In this document: positions 39,766 through 50,104 of the stretch, piece after piece
Position numbering within the stretch: the first letter of the stretch is position 1
How the letters are laid out: every line of letters starts with the position of its first letter
Assembly (NCBI RefSeq): GCF_036971445.1
Contig: NC_091470.1
Span: 221,092,001-221,156,000 of the forward strand
Reading direction: 5' to 3'
DNA length: 64,000 nucleotides
DNA from: Narcine bancroftii
Taxonomy: Eukaryota
Translations under genes and position numbers: made by a program
Notes under the pieces: generated by a model
Seen by the model: the letters and a program-made list of their open reading frames with translations, nothing else
The model's database searches: none
Told to the model about the DNA's origin: nothing

Positions 39766-40539
39766 TGTCTTGGGTAAACTTATACCTCTCATTTTGTTCA
39801 TTTTAGATTGGTCACAGTGTTTGAGCTACCGAAAGAAAATAGACACACACACCGAGAGCAGTTCAGTTTATACAAATGTTTATTACTAATTCAAAAGCTG
39901 ATTTCACACTACAATATGCAAGCCCTTCCCAACTATACTTATCAACGCTTGGACTGGTCCCAACTGCCGAAGCGAGGCAACGACTGCACACTTGTAGTAG
40001 GTTGTCAGGGCGCTGGTAGCAGCTTCTCCACCTCCCCCGACTGGGACGTTGCTCGGACTCTGGCTGTTCTTCCTTCTTGACAAGGGGTGTTCCCACCCCT
40101 CGGAGAGTCTAAACTTCAGCAGCAGGACCACAGGCTTATATACCCCAAAAACAATTAATCATGCGCCTACTCATTCTAATATTTGTCAGTCAAAATCAAA
40201 ACTGAACATTACATTCTACAATTTAGAAGATTAATTATTATGGAACCAGGATGTTATAATTTCCTGGTTTATCTCGTAGATACAAAGACTTATTAAAACT
40301 TCTCGAGCAAGACAGGTTGTGACCAATTCGTCAATTTCAGAGTGTTGCATTTGACAACTGCTTTCCCTGGGCCTCACAGTGGAATTCCATTTCAAAGTGT
40401 ATCTTCAGATAAGTCCCCATGGCTGAGTTTAATTACATCTGCTAGTTCTGAAAGTAAGGTGACCTGCGTGTGGACCCAGTGTCGTCAGTTCCACATAAGC
40501 AAAAAGCATCTGGGTACATGGTTTTAATCCTCCATTACA
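39766..40539 (-). repeat. ERV 3' LTR
   Basis: Direct repeat of 44588-45361, preceded on minus by the PPT. Confidence 0.97.
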
Positions 40540-40550
40540 TCCCACCCCTT
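40540..40550 (-). promoter_or_regulatory. Polypurine tract
   Basis: AAGGGGTGGGA directly abuts the 3' LTR. Confidence 0.9.
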
Positions 40551-40575
40551 GGTCACAATCTGTCATTTGCGAGGC

Positions 40576-41007
40576 CTAATCAGTATTTGAGTACAGAGGG
40601 AGCGAAAAAAGAGAAATCAAAACAACAATTACAAAGATAAGCAATGACGCGAGCAACCAACGGAGGATAGTGTGGCCCAGCCCCCCAAATGTAGCAGTTA
40701 GCCATGAGAAAGGATTCCAACCAAGGCTCAAATTATCCTTGTTGGCCACAATACCCAGGTACTGGAGCTCACAAACAGATTTTGAAACATGCTGAACAAT
40801 AACATATTTATATAAGCTGCACTTGAGGCTGGTGACCGAGGACTTCCTTGGTGTAATGCATCGGACCGTGTTTCCCACGGGTAACTCCCTTGGAACGTCC
40901 TCGACATTACAAATCCAATTGCTGGCATCAAAGCAGCTGTTAAGCCAGATCACCAGGAGTGTAAAATGGAGAACCTGGAACAAAGAAGCCTGACACATGT
41001 CACTCAT
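40576..41007 (-). CDS. env: Mini-Env (143 aa): signal peptide joined to the membrane-proximal/TM anchor region
   Basis: Lies between pol and PPT; ATG overlaps the pol end; hydrophobic N-terminus; C-terminal GWNPFSWL..FGGLG..ILRWLLASLLIFVIVVLISLF. Confidence 0.8.
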   Translation of the reverse strand: MSDMCQASLFQVLHFTLLVIWLNSCFDASNWICNVEDVPRELPVGNTVRCITPRKSSVTSLKCSLYKYVIVQHVSKSVCELQYLGIVANKDNLSLGWNPFSWLTATFGGLGHTILRWLLASLLIFVIVVLISLFSLPLYSNTD

Positions 41008-41188
41008 GATACCATAAGCGTTCAGTGTTTAAACAGACTAAATCATCCTGTCCCTCAATAGCTACCCACTGAGTGTTACCCTGGGCAGGTGTCACTATTT
41101 CCCCTTTTACAGGAGGGCCACTACCTGGTGGTGCCACCCATACCTTTTGTCCAACATTCTCTAGTTCGGGGATGGGGGGCAATGACTG
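41000..41188 (-). pseudogene. Integrase C-terminal domain, in frame with the main ORF beyond a single TAA
   Basis: 44623-41182 = 3441 = 3x1147, so same frame; VGQKVWVAPP..PVKGEIV resembles a retroviral IN C-terminal domain. Confidence 0.8.
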
Positions 41189-44100
41189 TTATTCCTCTGG
41201 AATAGGCTGTAATTCAGGAGCGTGAAGAAGTCGGTGGAAAGGTGTACCTCCTTTTAAAGGGCGATGATTCAAATTGTCGACTGCCTGCTGCAGCACATGG
41301 CACCATCCCTTCTGGGTCCCCAGTGATGTTTCCAAACGAATTTGTTCCTTCAGTAAGCCGTTCATTTGTTCAACTAACCCGGCAGCCTGCGGGTAATAAG
41401 GAATATGGTGGATCCATAAAATACCGTTGTCATTTGCCCAATCACAGACTGCTTTCCTGGAGAAGTGCAAGCCATTATCAGAGTGAATCTCCTCTGGAAC
41501 ATCATAACGATAAATCAAATGGTTTAGTCCTTGGATAGTGCTAGCTTGGTCAGCCGTCTTGGTGGGAAAAGTAAAAACCAGGCCCGAAAAGGTGTCAACC
41601 ATTACTAGGATGTAATATTTACCCATACAGTCTAGCATGGGGCCTATGTAATCAATTTGCCAGACCGCAGCTGAGTGAGCACCCCGTTTTATTCGGCCAT
41701 GTGGACCAGGTGGAATGGTATGGAACTTCACAAGCTGACATTCTGGGCATGTACGTACGACCACGCGGACATCATCCTGATGGACGGATAAAGCATGTGT
41801 ACGGGACCACATAGCTGATCCCTTCTCCCCCAAATGACCACTCTGTTCATGTGCCCATCGAGCCAGGGGGACGGTATCAGCACAGCTGATAGTGGCAAGC
41901 TGATCTGCTACTGCATTATGTTGAGCCATGTTAGTCGCCATATTGGTATGGGCATCAACGTGATAAACGGTTATCTCACGATGGTGGGAAGCATCCCACA
42001 ACAGCTGCCACAACTCTTTGCCCCATACTGGGCGGTCATGTATCATCCAGTTGTTCTTTTGCAAATCAGGCATCCATACCACAAGTCCATTAGCCACAGC
42101 CCAGGAATCAGTAAACAGGCGAAGAGGGTGATCATGGGGATCTAGTGGTAAAGTGACTGCCTTCAACTCAGCATACTGACTGGAGCCACCATCCCCCTCC
42201 TCCGATAAGTGAGTTCCTGACCTGGGATGGTAAGCCACCTGTTCGTGTACGTGGCCCACCCCTTCAGGCCCTCTGGTCGCATGACTCTGAATATACCACT
42301 TCCATTTAACAATAGAAGACTGCTGAGCCCGCCCGATCTTTAGATTAGCATCATTAGCCAGGACCCAATTCATTATTGGAAGTGCAGGTCGCAATTGAAC
42401 ATCTGCATCACCTGTCATTCTTTCAGTCTCTAGCAGGGCCCAGTAACAGGCTAGTAACTGTTGTTCAAAAACAGAATAACGAGTGGCAGCCTCGGACATG
42501 GTACGTGACCAGAATCCCAGTGGGACTCGGCGACCCTCTTGTTTCTGCCAGAGGCTCCAGGAGGCCACATCATCAATATAATGGTGAATTGAGAGGGAAG
42601 GCGATACTGGAAGGTGGATGAAGGTATACTGGCGCCCCTTCCAGGTAAAGGCGAACTGATCCTGTGAATCCTCAGCTATAAGAATACTGAAGAAGGCGTT
42701 AGCGAGATCAATGACAGCATACCATGTTCCTGAGTTCCCAGTAGCAATGTTTTCAATAAGGGTGACAATGTCCGGAACTGCTGAAGCAAGTGGTGGGGCA
42801 TGTTTGTTCAAAAAACGATAATCAACTGTCATTCTCCAGGAGCCATCTGGCTTCTGGACCGGCCAAACAGGGCTATTAAAGGGCGACGTTGCGGGCCTCA
42901 CTACCCCTTCTTCTTGCAGAGCATCGATGGTGGCAGTAATCTCTTCCTGCCCCCCAGGGAGACGATATTGTGGAATGCACACTGGTTTCATGGGGGCTGG
43001 CACCATCACAGGATCCCACTTAACCTGACCCACTACTAGTTTTTTTGTAATAGTTCGAATTCCAAATTCAAATCCCCCTTGGCTAGTATTAAGGGCCATA
43101 CCGGCCAACATATTAATACCCAGGATACACTCGTCAGTAGCAGCCACCAGGGCATGTAACCAGACAGGGGAAGGGGTATCACCCACCATGGCACAGACTT
43201 TTATTTCCTTTGCCAGGGTGACCGCTCCTCCCAACCCCTCTATTTGAAAGGCCGGTCCAGTCCAGAGGTCGGGATTACCAGGAATCACCGAGTGCTCTGC
43301 ACCGGTGTCGACCAAAGCCAAGTATTGGCGATCATTACCCCCACCCCAGTGGATTGTTAACGGTATGTAGGGCCGCGGATCCCCGTGTGTGCGCCGTGTC
43401 TCGATGGAGTAGACACGGGAATCCTGCCCACACCTTGAGGCTTCAGAAGGGTTCGGGGGCTTCCAGGACCACATGCTATTGTTATCTTTAAGAGCCTGTT
43501 TAACCCATTGTTTTACCTCATCATGAGTAACTGGAGCAGGAGAAGCCAGCTCGATAGAAGCAGCAGTGGGAGCAGAAAGCACAGCTGGGCCAGGACTCAG
43601 CAGCTGGGGATGATGTTCCCCTGCTTTTTGCCTAAATCGATCTCCAATGGCAGCCAGCTCTTTTACTGAGAAATCACGGATCATTGACTCCTTCCGACCC
43701 CTGTTCCCACTTTGACTCACAGGGTCCTCCACCCAGTCTAGGGGAGGAGGTGGAGGCCATCCAACAGAGGGAGTAGGCCATAGAGCATAAGCAGGGGTTT
43801 GGGTATTTTCCCCTGGGTCCACATGGGAAACCGGGGTATCTATCCCTTCCATCTCTACCCTTACATCATCCCCCCTTCTGTCTGTTTGGGAAATCTGCTG
43901 CCTTATAGGGCGGGCGTGAACAGCAGATGGAGAGGGTAGTATGTTAGACACATGCTGAGGAGTATCTGCATTATTACCATTGTCATTCCAGATATTCCCA
44001 TCCCAATCCTCAATTACATCAGGATCGTTACCATTCCTTATCATGGCATGAATACGATATGGATCGGGTTCTACTCCATGCCTTTCCTTATCTGCACAGA

Positions 44101-44623
44101 GCTGCTGCCGGAGTTTAATATTACGGCAAATCATTTGGACATGCTTATCTTCCCATTCTTTGGCTCTGTCCTGACTGGTGCGAACAATCTCGCTCATCAT
44201 GGAACAGCATTGTCGCAGGACTTCTAGCTCCTCCTCTAATTGCTTTCTTTTGCACTGAGATTCTACTTCTCTTTGAATTAATTCTGCTTCACGCTGAACG
44301 GAGTGGCGTAATGCTGTGGCCAGCAACCAAAAACCATTCGTCAGCGTTCCCTTTTTATCAGGAAATTTACTTTCTCGAAGGAGAGTGGCAACCCGCTCTC
44401 CCAGAGGTGCACTTGATGAGTCTAACTTCTCATCCCAACTAATGGGTGGTCCCAACAAAGACAGGGTATTGGCCAACATGCCAAACCCATCGTCTTTGGA
44501 AGTCCATCCAGGAATCAAGAACTGCTCAGGGCTCACCTCTTTCTTTCGGCGAAACATCTTGAGACCAACCCTGCTCGCAGCGCCAATTGTCTTGGGTAAA
44601 CTTATACCTCTCATTTTGTTCAT
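41189..44623 (-). CDS. gag-pol: Fused, internally deleted Gag-Pro-Pol polyprotein (1144 aa)
   Basis: Gag WDGNIW; protease LVDTGA (43301-09); RT SPFNSPVWPVQKPDGSWRMTVDY, IDLANAFF, YIDD (42569-80); RNase H AELKAV, FTDS, HVDAH; integrase HHCC, WQIDY, SDNG, LVEQ. Confidence 0.93.
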   Translation of the reverse strand: MNKMRGISLPKTIGAASRVGLKMFRRKKEVSPEQFLIPGWTSKDDGFGMLANTLSLLGPPISWDEKLDSSSAPLGERVATLLRESKFPDKKGTLTNGFWLLATALRHSVQREAELIQREVESQCKRKQLEEELEVLRQCCSMMSEIVRTSQDRAKEWEDKHVQMICRNIKLRQQLCADKERHGVEPDPYRIHAMIRNGNDPDVIEDWDGNIWNDNGNNADTPQHVSNILPSPSAVHARPIRQQISQTDRRGDDVRVEMEGIDTPVSHVDPGENTQTPAYALWPTPSVGWPPPPPLDWVEDPVSQSGNRGRKESMIRDFSVKELAAIGDRFRQKAGEHHPQLLSPGPAVLSAPTAASIELASPAPVTHDEVKQWVKQALKDNNSMWSWKPPNPSEASRCGQDSRVYSIETRRTHGDPRPYIPLTIHWGGGNDRQYLALVDTGAEHSVIPGNPDLWTGPAFQIEGLGGAVTLAKEIKVCAMVGDTPSPVWLHALVAATDECILGINMLAGMALNTSQGGFEFGIRTITKKLVVGQVKWDPVMVPAPMKPVCIPQYRLPGGQEEITATIDALQEEGVVRPATSPFNSPVWPVQKPDGSWRMTVDYRFLNKHAPPLASAVPDIVTLIENIATGNSGTWYAVIDLANAFFSILIAEDSQDQFAFTWKGRQYTFIHLPVSPSLSIHHYIDDVASWSLWQKQEGRRVPLGFWSRTMSEAATRYSVFEQQLLACYWALLETERMTGDADVQLRPALPIMNWVLANDANLKIGRAQQSSIVKWKWYIQSHATRGPEGVGHVHEQVAYHPRSGTHLSEEGDGGSSQYAELKAVTLPLDPHDHPLRLFTDSWAVANGLVVWMPDLQKNNWMIHDRPVWGKELWQLLWDASHHREITVYHVDAHTNMATNMAQHNAVADQLATISCADTVPLARWAHEQSGHLGEKGSAMWSRTHALSVHQDDVRVVVRTCPECQLVKFHTIPPGPHGRIKRGAHSAAVWQIDYIGPMLDCMGKYYILVMVDTFSGLVFTFPTKTADQASTIQGLNHLIYRYDVPEEIHSDNGLHFSRKAVCDWANDNGILWIHHIPYYPQAAGLVEQMNGLLKEQIRLETSLGTQKGWCHVLQQAVDNLNHRPLKGGTPFHRLLHAPELQPIPEE
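44568..44585 (-). promoter_or_regulatory. Primer-binding site complementary to tRNA-Ser
   Basis: TGGCGCTGCGAGCAGGGT, 2 nt inside the 5' LTR; its complement ACCCTGCTCGCAGCGCCA resembles vertebrate tRNA-Ser(TGA/CGA) 3' ends (from memory). Confidence 0.85.
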
Positions 44624-45361
44624 TTTAGATTGGTCACAGTGTTTGAGCTACCGAAAGAAAATAGACACACACACCGAGAGCAGTTCAGTTTATACAAATG
44701 TTTATTACTAATTCAAAAGCTGATTTCACACTACAATATGCAAGCCCTTCCCAACTATACTTATCAACGCTTGGACTGGTCCCAACTGCCGAAGCGAGGC
44801 AACGACTGCACACTTGTAGTAGGTTGTCAGGGCGCTGGTAGCAGCTTCTCCACCTCCCCCGACTGGGACGTTGCTCGGACTCTGGCTGTTCTTCCTTCTT
44901 GACAAGGGGTGTTCCCACCCCTCGGAGAGTCTAAACTTCAGCAGCAGGACCACAGGCTTATATACCCCAAAAACAATTAATCATGCGCCTACTCATTCTA
45001 ATATTTGTCAGTCAAAATCAAAACTGAACATTACATTCTACAATTTAGAAGATTAATTATTATGGAACCAGGATGTTATAATTTCCTGGTTTATCTCGTA
45101 GATACAAAGACTTATTAAAACTTCTCGAGCAAGACAGGTTGTGACCAATTCGTCAATTTCAGAGTGTTGCATTTGACAACTGCTTTCCCTGGGCCTCACA
45201 GTGGAATTCCATTTCAAAGTGTATCTTCAGATAAGTCCCCATGGCTGAGTTTAATTACATCTGCTAGTTCTGAAAGTAAGGTGACCTGCGTGTGGACCCA
45301 GTGTCGTCAGTTCCACATAAGCAAAAAGCATCTGGGTACATGGTTTTAATCCTCCATTACA
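44588..45361 (-). repeat. ERV 5' LTR (TATA near 44960, AATAAA 44701-44706)
   Basis: Direct repeat of 39766-40539; no differences seen by eye and the duplicated ORF translations are identical. Confidence 0.97.
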
Positions 45362-46369
45362 ATATATAATAGAGGAATGAGGCCTAATGCAGGCAAATGG
45401 GAGTAGTGCAGCTAGCCTTCATCATTGGAAGGACATGTTGGGCCAGAAGTCTCTACCGTATGTACCACTATGATTCTACATTGCCTTTTCTTTCTCTTGT
45501 TATGAAAAGGCAACACTGCATTTAACTTTTATGGCTCTCAGCTCATTTGACATCCTCCTGAAGTCTATAGTTGCTGAAGTAATCCGCGTAACCACGGTTT
45601 GTATTGTCTGCAAGTATCAAAACTGTACACTGAGCTAGAAAGTTCATGGGATGTGTGAGAAAAGCAATGGTCCTAACGTGGACATGGAGGGAATGCCATG
45701 GTGGCATTCCCATTACATTCCGCGGACTCTGCTTCCTTTTACTTCGTCAATGTGGTCTTGTGCTGTTGTCGCTCAGTTAATTCCTTCCATTTTGATGACA
45801 GCCTTGCTGTGCAGCACTTTCCTTTAGAAAATCCATATCCAATGCATCGCCTCCGTTCACTTTTCCTGTGACTTCATCGAAAAACTCCATCTTAAATCCA
45901 TGCAGGCTTTTTCAACTTAACCCAGGTGGCTATTAATTCTACCCCTGATAATTGTTTCTCAAACTTCACCCTCATTGTATAATGAGCAGTGTGACATCTA
46001 ATGAAACTTTCATTCACAAATCTCATCTGCTTATGTCTGTTAGGTTCACTTTATCTATTTACATTTAAATTGCAGGCTTTTCAGCCATTCCTGCCTAGTT
46101 ACTTGTTTATAATTTCTGTTGGTATTAAGTATTCTGAACCTTTGTACAAGTCACACCAGCCTTTCCTCAATTATTTCCCATTTGGGGGCTCAGTTGTAAA
46201 CTATTCTGGTTGTCGACACTGGCCCTTTTGTATCATTGAGATGTTCATTTGGATTCCTCTTTGCTGGAGTTATAAATATAACAATATGATTCCAACAGCA
46301 GTTTGAGGTTTGGTTATAAATTATTATCATCGAAAAGGAGTTGCAGGAGCCTGAAGACAATAATTCAAT

Positions 46370-46565
46370 CATGCAGAAATAGCTTCTACTCCTCCTTCAT
46401 CAGAATTCTGAATCCACAATGAACCACAGACATTACGTCACCTTTTTCTTCTTTTCCACCAATTTATTTTTTAAAAAATGAGATTTATTGTGGTTTGAAC
46501 CTTCAGCGCTACTGCAAAACAATGAATTTGGTGTCATATGTTCATGACAATAAATTCTAATTCTG
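46370..46565 (+). mobile_element. Rex1-type LINE 3' tail
   Basis: AGAAATAGCTTCTAC..CATGACAATAAATTCTAATTCTG. Confidence 0.65.
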
Positions 46566-46806
46566 TTTCGAATACTAACATTGGATACTAGATGGGAAGA
46601 TAGTTTAAACCTCATCTCATTAGTGTGCAGAGCAACTCAGAAAATTCAGAGTGATTGTAGCATCCTGTCTCGTCCTGGACTATTATCATTCACTCTTGTG
46701 AAGATCCTCCAAAAGACATATTGGGTGGTAGCTTTTAGATCTTGACCCAGTAATGATGAAAGAACAGAGATATATTTCAAAATCCAGCATCATATCTCAT
46801 TTCATA

Positions 46807-46950
46807 TGTGGCACAGTTAGTGAAACGGTTAACGCGATGCTATTACTGCGGCAGCGGCCCAGATTCAAATCTGTTGATGTCTGTGAGTAAGGACTTTGTA
46901 TGTTCTCCCCGTGTCTGCATGGGTTTCCTGCCTTTCTTTCCACCCTTCAT
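46807..46950 (+). mobile_element. tRNA-derived SINE 5' part
   Basis: GTGGCACAGTTAGTG..GATTCAAATC..TTTGTATGTTCTCCCCGTGTCTGCATGGGTTTCC. Confidence 0.7.
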
Positions 46951-46964
46951 AAATATACAGAGTT

Positions 46965-47216
46965 GCATCTTGGCGCCTCACAGTTTGGCGGGCAGCAACC
47001 TCCTTTGAAGAAGACCGCAGAGCCCACCTCACTGACAAAAGGCAAAGGAGGAAAAACCCAACACCCAACCCCAACCAACCAATTTTCCCCTGCAGCCGCT
47101 GCAACCGTGTCTGCCTGTCCCGCATCAGACTTGTCAGCCACAAACGAGCCTGCAGCTGACGTGGACTTTTACCCCCTCCATAAATCTTCGACCGCGAAGC
47201 CAAGCCAAAGAAGAAT
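46965..47216 (+). mobile_element. RTE-clade LINE 3' end with C-terminal zinc finger
   Basis: FPCSRCNRVCLSRIRLVSHKRACS* then short 3' UTR ending GCCAAGCCAAAGAAGAA. Confidence 0.75.
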
Positions 47217-47399
47217 AGGTTTCAATAGCCAGAATTGGCTTCTACCATGTTGTAATTTTTTTAAAAACTTGCAGGGGAACCTATAGGTACTGGCATTTCC
47301 ATGCACTTGCTTCCCTGGACCATCATGGCAATAAAGATTATGGATTTGGAAGGTGCTGTCAAAAAGGTTCGCTGTGGCACATTTGGCGGACTTTCCCCA

Positions 47400-47841
47400 C
47401 CGTCGTGAAAATCCACATGGAATGCTGCCATCGGAGAGCAGCATCAATCATCAAGGATCCACACCATCAGGACATGATCTTTCCTCCTTGCTGCCATCAG
47501 GAAAGAGGTATAGGTGCTACAAGATGCATACCACAAGATTCAAGAACAGTTGCTATCCCTCTACCATCAGACTCTCAAACAACAATCAGAGACTCATTTA
47601 AGGTCTCTTATTTTGCATATTATTTAATATTGAATATTTATTTTCTGTTTTGTACAATCTCTTTGCATTTCCTTGTTTATGTTTCTCTTATTTGTATACA
47701 TATCTTTTGTTGAGTACAGTTTATGTTTACACTACCGAAGAGTAGAAATTCTGCCTGGCCCACAGGAAAAAAGAATCACAGGGTTATATGTGATGTTATG
47801 TACAGCACGTACTCTGACAATAAATCCGAACTTTGAACTTT
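47400..47841 (+). mobile_element. Rex1-type LINE 3' fragment
   Basis: LLPSGKRYRC..RFKNSCYP; tail GACAATAAATCCGAACTTTGAACTT. Confidence 0.85.
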
Positions 47842-48999
47842 GGAAAGTGCACAGTGCAGTTACATGGTGATAAGAGTGTATGAATGTTTAGAGTGGCAGA
47901 TGGGTTGCCAATCAAATGGCCTGATTTGTCAAGCATCAAGCCAAGTGTCTTAAGTGTTGGGACTGTATTCAACTAGGAACAAGGAATCCTCCCATTTTTG
48001 TTCTGTATCATGCACCATGGAATGTGCTGGGGACATCATTGCTAATCAACTTCCTTTGTGGCAATCTTTACCTAGCTGGTCCAGCTGAGTTTCTGATAAA
48101 TAAAAAACCCTCCAGATGTTTTAAGAGGGGGACTCAGTTGTGGTGATACTGATGGTCTACAGTCATTGGTTGGGCTGATTGTTGGAAATGGTCATTGTCC
48201 GGCACTTGTGGAGCACATTCCGCATCATCTTGTACCAGTGATCACATCCTTCCTGTGGCCATGCAAGGTCTCGTCTCCTCCATTGCTTGTAACTCTTACA
48301 TTGATCTCTGCAACATGGTTGACTGGGAAATGTAACCCAGCATTCCTGAAAACTGTGAACACCAATGTCCATGTAAATTATTGTAATGCATTGGTGGGAT
48401 ATCTCTGACAATAAATTCAAAATAGCATTAAATTACTTTTGCTCTTTGCAGATATCCTGAGCAGGAAAGGGATCCAAAATGTGCATTGTCAACATTAACC
48501 TGGTTATTGCTGATATAATCGCTGAGAGAAATAGTGCAGCATGGTGTAGATAAATCAGCACTGTTAACACAGATGACTCAACATAAAGGGGGAATTTAAA
48601 TCAACGAATTGGCTAAACTTAAGAGTACAAGTTCAGCAGATCCATCCCTCTTCTGCTGCAGCACCTCACACATTTGTATTAGGAACGTATAGCACATATA
48701 CCACGTAGTGATCGCAGTAGTTCGCGAGCTTTCACTTTTGTCATGTGCCCAAAGGGAAAAATAATTCTGATCTTTCACAGTGGCTGAAGTGTGGAAATCA
48801 GATCCAAATTTCCTGAGCTTTGGGCCTGACTGAAAGTCTTTGCTAATCAGTGGTGCTGGTAAGTACAGGGGCAAAGCCCAGAGTCTGTGGAAAGACGGAT
48901 TTGGAGATGGTGGAAACAGAACCAGCAGTCAAGTACAGACAGTGATCCATCACCTTGGGATTCACTTGATGGTCAAATAAATTAGTGGTGTGGTGCATA

Positions 49000-49645
49000 T
49001 ATAAGAATCACAGAGCCAGGAGGGAGATCTCTGAAGGACAAGGCAGCAAAAACATGGTGGGGGGCAGGGGCATTGCAGATCAGGTTTTGAAATGTAAGGC
49101 CGCGTCTGGAGTACTCTGTGCAGTTCTGCACCCCTTACTTGAGAAAGGATGTACTGACTTTGCAAAAATGCAGATGAGGTTTAGCAGGTCGATTCAAGAG
49201 ATGACAGGGTTAGCCAATAAGGAGCGATTGGGTCATCTGGGACTGTACTCGCAGGAATTCAGGGTTCTTATAGAACGTATAAAATTATGAAAGGCATAGA
49301 TAAGATAAAGGTAAGTTGTTTACTCTAGTAAATGAGACTAGAACAAAGGGACATAGTCTCAACATCCTGGGTAGTAGATTTAGGAAGGAGAGGAGGGGGA
49401 ACTGCTTTGCCAGAGAGTGGTGAATCTATGGAATTTGCTGCCCATTGAAACATTGGTGGCAACCAGAGTGAATATATTTAAGACAAGATTGGATAGATTT
49501 TTACATGGTAGGGGAATTAAGGGATATGGGGAAAAGACAGGTAGGTGGAGATGATAATCCGATCAGCCTTAATCTTATAGAATGGCTGAAGAGGCTCGAC
49601 AGGCTTGATGGCCGACTCCTCCTCTTAATCCTTATGTTCGTATGT
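49000..49645 (+). mobile_element. CR1 LINE 3' fragment
   Basis: VRPRLEYSVQF, ERLGHLGLYS, RTKGHSL; CTTATGTTC tail. Confidence 0.85.
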
Positions 49646-50104
49646 TCTCATTCATTACAGCATCCATCAGAAGAGAATGCTGAGGGGTTCAGTTAACAGG
49701 GGTAAATGTGAGATTCTGGGTGGTAATGGGAAATAGGCCGAAATGGATAAAAGGGAAGCTTACCTTAGTTCAATCTCTGCCCACTGTTCCACCAAGAGTT
49801 AGTTATTCCAGCATCTCACAACAGGGAAGAAGGTAATTCAGAACAAGCACAAGACAGGGCATTATTTAGAGCAATTAAAACAGGATACTACTGACACTCC
49901 TGTTGGATGGGAATTTTCTAGTTTGAAATCCGCAGCCTGGTCCTATTTAGTTTGCTTTCTGAATTTTCCAGTCATTTTCAACGGTTTCTGGTAGGTGACA
50001 GTGTGCTACTCTTTAAAATAGTCCCTGAACAGGTATTGCGGTCATTTATGGATTACATCCCATTTTATCTGCTCCCGCTCAGTTGCAGAACAACCAAGAT
50101 CTTG

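Larger units (their letters stand above)
39766..45361 (-). mobile_element. Endogenous retrovirus, class III (ERV-S/ERV-L-like), internally deleted, recent
   Basis: Two 774-bp TG..CA LTRs at constant offset 4822, 5-bp TSD ATATA (39761-65, 45362-66), tRNA-Ser PBS, PPT, gag-pro-pol and env remnants, YIDD RT motif, no dUTPase seen. Confidence 0.97.
39355..45480 (+). mobile_element. CR1 3' fragment (39355-39765 plus 45362-45480) that hosts the ERV
   Basis: GAGAGTGCAGAAGAGATTCAC..AAAAGGTATTTGGACCGGTAC|ATATA resumes as ..GGCCTAATGCAGGCAAATGGGA..CTATGATTCTA. Confidence 0.8.

Noticed and set aside
39808-40527. Identical ORF sets duplicated at 44630-45349
   Set aside because: A consequence of the identical LTRs; no recognisable protein features
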